Source: the human T2T-CHM13v2.0 reference genome, Homo sapiens | Assembly (NCBI RefSeq): GCF_009914755.1 | Contig: NC_060925.1 | Reading direction: 5' to 3' (one strand) | DNA length: 64,000 bases | In this document: in pieces, positions 46,180 to 57,494 of the stretch | Position numbering within the stretch: position 1 is the first letter of the stretch | Layout: every line of letters begins with the position of its first letter | Made by a program: the position numbers and the translations under genes | Notes under the pieces: generated by a model | Database searches by the model: none | What the model was told of the DNA's origin: nothing | Seen by the model: the letters and a program-made list of their open reading frames with translations, nothing else

Positions 46180-46959
46180 TGATACGGACAGGAGGCAGGG
46201 AAATACAGAGTAGAAGAGGGCAGTTTTCTGGCAAAAGCCCCACCCTCCAGCCTGGAAACTGCGGCCCCAAATGAGAACAGTTATCCCTGTTTTCCTGCCC
46301 AAATGTTGCCTTTTTGGCCTGCCCCGCCCCCTGTCCTGTGCCAATATAAATCCCAGATCTCAGTTGGCAAAGAGATAAGCAGCTGAACATGGAGAGGAGA
46401 GGAGGCAACTGAGCATCGGAGACTATGGATAGATGCAGCTTAACTTCAGACGGCACAACTTCGGGGATGAGCCTAGCTGCACACAGCTGGGCTTCAGGGA
46501 AAGACCATCTTCTTCCTGCTCCATCCCCCTTCCAACTCCCCTTTTGCCGAGAGCCACTTCCACTGCTTAATGAAATCCTTCACGTTCATCACCTTTCAAA
46601 CCATTCATGTGACCTGATTCTTCCCAGATACTGGACAAGAATTTGGGATGCACTGAGTGTGAGAACCCAAAAAGGCTGTCACACTGGGTCTTCACTAAAC
46701 TGTTTAACACTTAAGTCATCTGTGGATGGCAAAGCTAAAAGAGCACTAATTGCAACACACTATATGCTGGAGCTGAAGCCCCAAAGCGCTCTTCATGGCT
46801 CTGGCACCTGCTTGCCTGCATCCTCCCTCCCATGAGGGGTTGAGCCCAGTGGGCTTCAGTGAGTGAAGTTCATCCTTGATGGCACTGAAGTGGCTGGCTA
46901 AACCCAGAGCTGGTGCACTCCAGTTCCCATGAAAGGGTCAAGGCAACTATTCCATCTCA
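46180..46959 (+). mobile_element. MER50 (B/C-like) ERV1 solo LTR
   Basis: TG...CA termini: tgatacggacaggaggcagggaaatac...aactattccatctca; GC-box (46321-46330) and TATAAA (46345-46350); TSD TTAA/TTAG. Confidence 0.85.
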
Positions 46960-47067
46960 TTAGCCTCTAGGATTATTAGTCTCATTGGCCAACCTGAGAA
47001 TTTGTCATGTTTGACTTGCATATTTGATGTCTAACATGCCTGGGGTTTGCAGACATGCAATGATGGA

Positions 47068-47370
47068 TGTGTTAGGCTGTTCTTGCACTGATGTGAAGAA
47101 ATAACTGAGTCTGGGTAATCTATAAAGAAAAGAAGTTTAATTGGCTCATGGTTCTTCAGGCTTTACGGGAAGAATGGTGCTGGCATCTGCTTGGTCTAGG
47201 GAGGCCTCAGGAAGCTTACAGTCATGGCAGAAGGTGAAGCGGGAGCAGACATGTCACATCGTGTGACCAGATCTCATGTGAACTCAAAGAAAGAGCACTT
47301 ATGAGCAGTGGGCTGGCCCAAGCCATTCATGAGGGATAGACCCTCATCATCCAAACACTTCCTACCAGGT
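47068..47370 (-). mobile_element. MSTB-like MaLR LTR, 5'-truncated
   Basis: ttaggctgttcttgc...tggtgctggcatctgcttgg...atccaaacacttcctaccagg. Confidence 0.85.
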
Positions 47371-48505
47371 CTACAAAAGACCTCAAATAGCCAGAGAAAT
47401 CATGAGCAAAAGTAACAAAGCTGGAGGCATCACACTAGTTTGGCTTCAAAATATGCTATGAAGTGATCGTAATCAAAAAGCATGGTAGTGGCATAAAAAC
47501 AGACACATAGACCAAGGAAGCAGAATGAGGAGACCAGAAATAAGTCCATGAATTTGCAGCCATTTGATTTTTGACAAAGATGTCAAGAACACACAATGAG
47601 GAAAGAACAGTCTCTTTAATAAATGGTGTTGGGACAACTGGATATCCACACACAGAAGAAGGAAACTAGACTCCTATTTCTCACCATATAAGAAAATAAA
47701 CTCAAAATAGATTAAAGACTTAAATATAAGATCCAACTGTAAAACTACCAGAAGAAAACATGAGGAAAAATCTCTGCGATCTTGGCCTGGGCAGTGGATT
47801 TTTAGGTACAGGCAACAAAGCACAGGCAACAAATGCAAAAATAGACAAATGAATTACATCAAACTAAAAAGCTCTACACAATTGAGGAAATAATCAACAG
47901 AGTCAAGAGACAACTTACTGAGTGGGAGAATATATTTGCAGACCACATATCTGATGAGAGGTTAATATCCGAAGCATATAAGGAGCTCAAATAACTCAAC
48001 AGTTAAAAAAACAAACTGCTTAAAAAAATGGGCAGAGGATCTGAACAGATACTTATCAAAAGAAGACATATAAATATGGCCAAGTATATATAAAAAGGGT
48101 CAGCATCAATAATTATCAGAAAAATACAAATTAAAACCACAATGAATTACCACCTCACACCTATTGGAATGGCTAATTATCAAAAAGACAAAAGATAAGA
48201 TGTGTCATAGGGGATGTGGAGAAAAGGGAATCCTTGCATACGGTTGTTGGTAATGTAAATTAGTACAGCCATTATGGAAGACAGTATGGAGATTTCTCAA
48301 AAAATTAAAAATAGAACTACCATATGATCCAACAATCCCCCTACTTGATATGTATCCAAAGGAGATAAAATCAGTATGTCAAAGAAATATCTGCACTCTC
48401 ATGTACATTGCAGCATTATTCACAATAGCCATGGTGTGGAATCAACTTACATGTCCATCAACAGATGCATGGATAAATAAAATGTGGTATATATACATAG
48501 TGATA
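47371..48505 (+). mobile_element. Old L1M(A) ORF2 3' fragment
   Basis: acaaagctggaggcatcacacta...aatagaactaccatatgatcc...aaaatgtggtatatatac; many stops. Confidence 0.9.
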
Positions 48506-49313
48506 GACTAAAATTTAAAAAGGGAAGTCATCAGATTTCAAAGGCAGGAAAATTCAGTACAGAAGAATTGTGAAGTGAAAGCCCAGATCAATAGGAACCC
48601 TAGAGAGAAATGAGTCCAGACTGGAGCAGGTCAGAGCACAGAATTTCATTTTAAGCTTTTGGTTGATGGAAGTCAAGCTATGATATAAAAGAAGTTTCCA
48701 CTACCTATGCAAATGGAGAGCTCTTAGGGCTGAGAGTGTGAACCTTGAGCGAGAACCTTGAACCTTCAAGCAAGCAGGAATGGGACTGGATTTAGAACAA
48801 ACCTAGATTCCTCAAGGACACAGTACTTTATAGGAAGAGGGATGGGAAAATAGCAAGAAGATGGAAATGTTAGCAAGGCTGAGTACAATATCTAAAGCAG
48901 AGGGAACTTGTTTGGAATTCTAGAAAGAGATACAGTCATAATATAGAGCAATAGAAGAGTCAGAATTTTGTTTGTTTAGGCAAAGATAGGACTTACTACC
49001 CCATAATTTCATTCAAGTAGAGGCTAGAGTAGAACAGGCCATAATTTTCCATGCTTCTCTTTAGGAGATGCTGAAGGTAGTGCTGGGTGGTGAATTGATC
49101 TAGATGGCTCAGCATCTAAATGAATGGAAGTGCTGTACTTCAGGGAAACTTCTCAGGCAGAGTCTTCAACAGGATTTGAAGCCAGACCTCAAAAGATCTG
49201 TCAAGATTTAGTCATCAAGGGAATGTACTGAGTCCCCAGAGCAAATGGCTGAGCTCTCTGGGAGCAAATATGGCACTCATCTTTAGAGAGAACAGACTCG
49301 AGTCTGAGAGAAT

Positions 49314-49315
<2 letters not shown>

Positions 49316-49345
<30 letters not shown>
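49316..49345. repeat. (TG)n microsatellite
   Basis: Direct read. Confidence 0.95.
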
Positions 49346-51669
49346 ATGTATGTGTGCATAGCTTTGAGATCACAAATATTTATTAGTGAATGAGAAGGAG
49401 CACAGAAGAAATGCTAAAGAGAAGGACTTAGAAAGGTGTACTTGGGACAAAAGAAAATAGGTGACTTTGATAGGGCACCATGTCCAGTTTATGATATTTT
49501 ATAATATTACTATAAAGGACATATTATGATGTTGCATTTTTACAACATTTGGCGTAAAGAACAATATTATTGCTTGAAATTTGATCCAGAAATGGAATAA
49601 AATTAAACTAGGACTGGCCAAGATTCGACTCTTCAGAAGATAATTTCCCATTCCTGTTGCATATAGGCTAATTAGTTCAGAATATGTTTCTACTTGCATG
49701 TGGATTAGTGGTTGGTGAAAAATAACATAAATTATTTTTCACAGGATTTAAGGAAGACTACAATAAAAGATGAAAGAAAACATTTTGTTCCAGGTCTGAA
49801 ACATAGGCCATAAAAAGTTGGGATATAAGCCAGAAAAATATTGGTCTGATTATCAAAAAATAGGATTTTTCTGAAAGGTTGAAGACCAAGAAGCAGTATT
49901 AGAACTGTTGAGTGAAGCACAAATTTTAACAATGAAGGGTGGGAAATAATAGAATTTCAGCTAATAACTTATAGCCTGGGCTAAGATCCAAACTACATGT
50001 GCCAGAATATGGAAAGAAAATTCTATATAATTACAGAATTTTTCTCTCAGTGGAGACTAAAGAGCCCTCAGGATTTTATGAGACATCTACTTCAGTGAAA
50101 TTTTTGGGGGGAACTAAGGAACTTTCAATTCAAACCCCATTGAGATTTGTTCATCAGTAGTTGTTAAGCTTCCAATATATTTTGACAATTGGACATAATA
50201 ATAATTATTGTATTGTATGCACTTGTAGCGGCCTCAACTAGGATATAAAGAAAGTGAGGAAGAGAAGAAATCATTTTGTGTATTTTATTAACTCATTCAT
50301 TATATGAGGTGACATTGGTTATATCAAGATTGTATAATGGTCTATTCTAAAGCATGGATTTTTTTTTTCATGAAACAGCATGAGTGTATCATGCCAAAGT
50401 AATATGAATGTGAAAGAATATCCATCATAGAATAATAAAGAAAGGATAAAATCATTTTGCAAAATGAGACACAGAATGCATTCACTCAAGTAGTTGCCAG
50501 TGGTTGTCTGATAAAAGAACTAATACCGTACATACAGTCAGGTTGTAGACATTTGTATTGATGGTAAAAATGGCACTTCAGCCTTGCAGGTGGTATGCTG
50601 CAGGCACTACAAAGTGTATGGAGAAGTTGACTTTTAAATATATTAGTTCTGCCTGTGGTCTGGATTCTGTCCCACCTTCTTCACTGTGCCATTTTGATCA
50701 TCCCTAATTTTATCTTTTTGGGCCATAATGAGCCATAGTTTCTGCATCTGTGAAATAAGGGGGTCAGAAAAAATCTACCCCTAGTTTTAAAATATTATCA
50801 TATTTTGATAATAAAATATGATTTGAACTAAAGGTGAGGCATAGTTAATTAACTGCAGCTCTGAAGATTGACTACTTCTGCTGATCAGTTTCAAGAGGTC
50901 AATTTCTACCTAACAGGAAGCATTATGGAAAATGCTTACAATGATTGTGTGATTGTGTAAAAGATGTTTGAGAAGGAAAAAGTGACTCATGGTGTCTCTG
51001 ACTGCTGGCTATGTGGAGCTAACGGGGAGTATTTGAATCAATTGGCTAACCTTGGCAGTGCTATACTGTGAGGAGGTCATTTAGAAAGCTGTTCCCGGAT
51101 TAAAGAAGAAAGAAGGAAGGAATCTATGATAAAGAAAGCTGCATAAGGGAAAAGAAAGCAGAGTGCAAAGTTGTGCATGTGTGTGCACATATGTTCATAT
51201 GCAGGCAGCCATGTTTCTGTGCACATATGTGCATTCCATGTTCTCATTTGAAAGATAAAGAGATTTAACCAATCTATGGTTCCTTGCTTTCTCAATATTT
51301 CTTAGCTGAAGTTTCACATGAATATTCAAAATTGAAAAAAGTTTGACACTTCTTTCTGGTGAAACAGAAATGAAGATAAAAGTTTCCTGTTATGTTCAGA
51401 TTATTGTAAGACTAAAATCCTGGCTTTTAGGAATACAGTTTTAAATTTGTCAGCCATTTAAAAAGTTATATTTCTGCATTCTTTGTACTACATTAGACAA
51501 GTAAAATATAAACTTACAATAATAATACAGGAAAATATCTTTAAAAAATTAGAACCTGTAGCAATGGACCAAATCAGTTAGAAATTTAAGTTCTGGGCAA
51601 TGAATTGGTCAGAGATACATTGAACTTGAGGTTATGTGAGTAACTTTGAAGGAAGAGATATAGCGTTTA

Positions 51670-51890
51670 AGGGTTAATAACATAGATTTTAGAATCAGAC
51701 AGATATAGTTTGAAATCTCTCCCAGCCCAACTGTTTGACCTTGGGCTATTAAAGTTTTTAAGCCATAATTTTCTGATATGGAAAAAGAAGATTATATTTC
51801 CTATCTCCTGGTGTTGTGAAAATTGAGAAAGATTATGTATAGAATGCATTTAGCACAATGCCTGGATCAGAGTGTGTGATACATGGTCAT
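51670..51890 (+). mobile_element. MIR SINE
   Basis: ttttagaatcagacaga...tgaccttggg...atttagcacaatgcctgg. Confidence 0.75.
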
Positions 51891-52291
51891 TATAAGCATT
51901 TTAAAAACTTACTCTCACATAGTAGGTGCTTAAGAAGAAGAAGCATTTGTTTTATTAATATTTTCTATAGTCATGGGTTCAGGAAACAAAAAATGTCATG
52001 TTTATTACTGGTATGACTAACTACAACTGCATAAAAACTATTAGTCCCTTTAAAAATCCACCAATGAACACATCATTATGCTTTGCTCTGTAGACTCCTC
52101 TGGGAGTAAAGATACATTGTACTTAATGAAGCTGCTAAGAGTTATGGGAAAGGGAAGTTCAGTAAGTCACTAGTGGTAAGGCTTTGACAAGGAGCAGGCC
52201 TGGGTGGAAGGTGGATGACTTCAGAGGTAGGACAAATAGAGATTTCAGAATATGGAAACATCACTGATCACAAAGCACTAGCTCAAGATGT

Positions 52292-52415
52292 TTCCCCTTC
52301 CTTCCCTCCCTCCCTGCCTCCCTCCCTCCCTTCCTTCTTTGCTTCCTTTCTTCCTTCCTTCTCTTTTCCTCCCCTCTCCTCTCTGCCTTTCCCTTCTCTC
52401 CCATCCCTTTTCCTT
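52292..52415. repeat. Polypyrimidine (CCCT/CCTT)n tract
   Basis: Direct read. Confidence 0.9.
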
Positions 52416-53159
52416 TGCATTCCTTTTACTCCTGTACTCAAGAATTGATTTCATTTAGGAAATGACAAACCAGACTGAGTATGTTTTATGTTAGGCTAGG
52501 CATTTTTGAGATATATGTGCACTTTCACCTGCTTTCTGTGAAACTTCAGGTTTCTCTGAGATGCTTCTAGAGAGATTCACATGTAATTTAAAAATATTTT
52601 ATATTTATTTTAGAAGCTGCAACCCAAACCAAAGAAAAGCAGAAGCAAAAACAAACCCCCAAGACCCAACAACAACAACAACAAGCACTGATACGCGATA
52701 GTCGCCAATTTTCAGCACTTTAGAGACGATTAAGCACCCATGTGCACTGGGTTTAACTGGCTTTCATGCAGATTTCAGTCTGTGGCTCTTTTTATTTATG
52801 CATATATGTGACCTTTCTACAATGTGTAATTGATTAGGAAGAAGGAGGTTTTGCTCTGGTCTTTCTTTGAATTCAAGCCTGCACAGGTCTACTCATGTAA
52901 AATTATACAAGTGAGTTCACTAGTTCAGCACATATGTACTGTGCTCAGCTAAATGCCAGGCAAAGCTCAGGCACATCTGCTCAGCTCATGCTCTTATCAT
53001 GGCTTATTAAACAATTGTGCAATAAGGAGTGAACTCTACACATTGTATCATGACCATATTGTACTAAAGATAGTGTCAGATTTTAATTGCCTAAATTAAA
53101 TATACTCATAAGTGTAATTGTTAAAATTGAGGTGAAATAATTGCTATTCAAACCAGAAT

Positions 53160-54900
53160 CTGATGGCTAATTAAAAACAGGAAGTTTCAAAAGAAAATAA
53201 AATTTCATGGTAGATATCATAAAAATGATCAGGATCAGATGACACAAGCCAAGTTATATGGTGCTCTCTACGCAAAGTCCTCATTCTGTTTGTGAAATTA
53301 AAATTTGCAAAATTCTTTTTTTCTCTGAATCCTGACAAGTTCTGAGGTTCTGAAATAAAATCTTGACCTTGAATATACATCTCTCAGCATCTGTTAGTAC
53401 AAGTTGAACCACTCAATGTTCTCGAAAACGTATACTTAAAAATGTAAATGTAAATGTCAATAGTGCCATTTGAAGCTATCATGTTGTAAGTAAGGAAACA
53501 GCACAAGATATCAAGAAAATACTCATTCAACCCCATGTTATTGATTTTGCAACAGTCATGGTAGATGAGCAAGCAATGAACATGCACTTATTGCCATTAT
53601 TTTAAAATTCTATGTGAAAAGAACATTAAGAAGCTGCTCATGAAGAATTGTGTATTTTAAAAAGTGAAGCTTTTGCAATTGAACAGTTGCAAGTTGTAAA
53701 TACTGTGCATTACACCAATTTGTTGGTTTTTATAAGAATGGGCCATATAAGTAAGTATATAGAATATATACTACCGGGTCAAACCATTTAAGCACATACA
53801 AAAGGAAAAATGCTTAAACTTTATGCTAATTTTTTAAAAATGCCATCAAATAAGTTGTCAAGAATGTATGGGTGTTGAAATTAGGATTGAGAAAGTAATG
53901 ACTGGAAAAACTATAAGAGCTGCGATTCATGTAAGAGCGTTTGCCAAAATGAGTTTAAATAATTGTGGTATGTTCTGTAGACAACTACTCCCTATTAAGA
54001 AGATTAATGAGCATCTTTCAAAACAGTGTTTGGGTTTGTGACAGGAATTGCCAATTCTTTAAGTTATACTTTTTAGAATGCAGAATTTTTAGCATTATTT
54101 GTGGCTATATAGATGATGAATTCCAATATTCACTTTTCAATTGAGGACAGTTGGTTCTGCCAAGGCGAATTCGTGACACAAATCTTTCAAATGCAATAAG
54201 ATTTGAAGATGAAGGCTGAAAATGAAGATAAGATTAAAGACGAAGAAATCTTTTCTTGTTTCCTCCTGGTAGTACCACCATTAACAAAACCTCTCTTAAA
54301 ACATGGTTGTACTTGCTTTCATCTCTTGCTGACATTTTTAATAACCTGAAGGGACTCAATATGACAATGTGTTAGCCTGCCATGTTAATCTCATTTACAG
54401 CTGCACATAAAGTTTTAGCAAAAAAACCAAAACAAACTTTGGATTCAATATGCGAAATAAAATAAATATGATTCTTATGAAACTCTGAGTGAAAAAAAAA
54501 ATATATATATATAACAGAGATGGGTATTGAGATAATAAGATATCTTAATGATATTAAATATTTCAAGATATGCATATCTTATATATAGGCATATATATTT
54601 ATATATATTAATAAAGATTTAGATTTATTGAGAAAACTGTTCATCAAATATAATTCTGAGATACTGATAGTTATTCAAATTGCAAATAAATTTTGTGTTA
54701 CTCTTCTTCCAAGTTTCTGGATGTGTTTAAATGAAGACTTCTGAGATTGCAAAGTGAAATGTTAAAAAACTTAACCAGTCATCTGTGTAAATCAGGATTT
54801 TCTCTATCCTATACAAACGAAACAAATGCAGAAATAAATTGAATATTTATGTTGAAATCAGATTACAACCATCAGTTATAGCACCTGGTTTCAAAGTTTC
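53160..54900 (+). pseudogene. Fossil hAT Charlie/Buster-type transposase, near full length
   Basis: Ordered remnants: SYHVV; KILIQPHVIDFATVMVDEQAMNMHLLPL (cf. ETLILP..M.GE..IPLS); NLLVFIR; CMGV..VMTGK; RIFSIICG..SWFCQG (cf. RWLSRG); HLCKSGFS..CRNKLN (cf. YLCESGFS..YRNRL, hAT dimerisation region, ~54780-54845). Confidence 0.8.
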
Positions 54901-55009
54901 ATTTACAGTCTAATAATTTTATTTTATTTATTGACTTTTTGAGTAAATGTTATGAATTTAAAATTGTAGATGCTTACTGAAACATACACTTGTTTATTTT
55001 TTAGTTTTA

Positions 55010-55412
<403 letters not shown>

Positions 55413-56276
55413 TAATTATGCTATCTTTCATTGGTATTCATTGAACATTTCTTATGTACAAACAATGTTCTAGGTTCTAGGGATTTAAGGATGAACAAAC
55501 CAGACAAGGCCCCTGATTATATGAAGCCTGTATTCCTTTAGTAACAAAATAAAATTGTTAAATTTTAAAAATGATATAGTTTTGTTTTTACAACATGGTG
55601 GTTCTATCCTGAATCTGCAAATCCTTCTTCTCCTGGAGATTCTTGGCAATGGAGCAGACCTTCTGGAGAAACTTGGAATGAGCAATGAGCAGACTTTAGA
55701 ATTAAGGCAGAGAGCGCATGGAATATATTTGGTTCAGAGTCAGTTGTTCAGAACCTAAGCTTGAAAGTTGGGATTTATTGTGTGGGGACAGAAGAAAAAG
55801 TGCAAAAACAAAAAGAAACAACAACAGTAAAAAAGCCCACAGCACATGTAATAGCTATAGTGCATAGTAGTGTAAAAGTTCTAAACGTAAAAATCAACCA
55901 ACAAATATTTATTAACCACCAGCATCTTCCAAGGGACTCCATGAGAAATAAGTAAGAAATATTGGATATTGTCTTAATCCTTAAGAAGTTTGACAACTAA
56001 CTCTGAAACGAAATTAGCCTATTAACCAGACACAAACAGATGGAAACAATCTGTAAAGTGCCATTTAGAATCTATAGATAGATTTAAAGTGAGACAAGGT
56101 AAAGCAAGGAATTAAGCTTTGTGTTTTTTTGTCCTATTTTTGGAGCAAAAATTCAAGAAAAGAGTGCCAGATAAGTATCAACATACTATGAAGGAGTCCA
56201 GGAACACGGCTAAGGAGGGATGTAGTCAGAGATTACTGTACAACATAGAATATGATAGGGCCATAAAATAATGAAA

Positions 56277-56280
56277 GTGT

Positions 56281-56316
<36 letters not shown>
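56277..56316. repeat. (TG)n microsatellite
   Basis: Direct read. Confidence 0.95.
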
Positions 56317-56318
<2 letters not shown>

Positions 56319-56366
56319 CAGCAAAACTTCTCTGGTCATACAAGTAAAGATTACAAAACTCTAGGA

Positions 56367-56808
56367 TAGGGATTAGCAAATTTTTCTTGTAGGAGTCATA
56401 TAGTAAATATTTTAAGCCAAGCTTGTTTAACCCACGGCCCACAGGTTGCATGAAGCCCAGGACGGCTTTGAATGCAGCCCAACATAAATTCATAAACTTT
56501 CTTAAAACGTGAGTTTTTTGTATTTTTTTTTAGCTCATTAGCTATCATTAGAGTATGTTATGTGTGGCCCAAGACAAATCTTCTTCTTCCAATGTGGCCC
56601 AGGGAAGCCAAAAAATTGGACACCCCTGTTTTAGGCTTTGTGGACCATGTGGATTCTGTTGCAACTACTCAATTCTGCCTTTGAAGCACAAAGGCAGCCA
56701 CAGACCGTATGTACATAAATGGCTGTAGCTATGTTTCAATATAATTTTATTTACAAAATCAAGTAGCAGGCTAGATTTGGCTCACAAACGATGAATTGCC
56801 AACTGATG
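56367..56808. mobile_element. MER58A hAT MITE split by MER30
   Basis: TSD CTCTAGGA / TTCTAGGA (56359-56366, 56809-56816); atagtaaatatttta|ggctttgtggacc is contiguous once MER30 is removed. Confidence 0.88.
56418..56628. mobile_element. MER30 hAT-Charlie MITE
   Basis: caagcttgtttaacccacggccc...ttggacacccctg; 8-bp TSD TTTTAAGC / TTTTAGGC. Confidence 0.92.
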
Positions 56809-57126
56809 TTCTAGGAGATGCCTCAGATGTGGATATTTCCAACACATTGCAGGACATCTGTGCGAGTGTACAGGATTGCCATGAGAGCTGGTAGAGCACT
56901 AGAAGACAGGGATTAAGACAGAGAGACCATTGTTTTGGGGGGAATGGTGATTGAAAAGGATAATGGCTGGGTCCAACATGCAATCCCCACAACACCAGAG
57001 TATGTTTCAGGCAATAGTACCCAAAAGACCAGAGCGAGCAGCTAGTCACTGCAAAAGGTCCCGAGGATACCAGTGAGGTCCCCTTCAGGTACTGAGCTTT
57101 GAAATCATGTAAGCTTGGTCACCTCT

Positions 57127-57494
57127 GTGTTGTCCATACCTGCTGCTATGACAAAATACCATGAAAATGGCTAATTTGTAAAAAAATAGAAATGTATTGC
57201 TTAGTTTTGGAGGGTGGGAGTTCAAAATCAAGGTGGCAGCAGATCTGGTGTTTGGTGAGGGCCCAGTCTGAGTTTCCAAGATGGCACTTTGAACGCTGTC
57301 CCCTCACATGGTGGAAGACAGAAAGGCAAAAGGAGTAACACTGTGAAGTTTCTTTTATAAGGGCATTAATCCCATTCATGAGGGTGGAGCCCTTATGACT
57401 TAATCACCTCCTAAAGGCCCCACCTCTTAGTACTAACACATTGACAATTAATTATTAATAGATATGTTTTAGGGGACACATGCAGACCATAGCA
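57127..57494 (-). mobile_element. MSTD/MLT1A-type MaLR solo LTR
   Basis: ccaagatggcactttg...taagggcattaatcccattcatgagggtggagccc...cagaccatagca. Confidence 0.87.
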
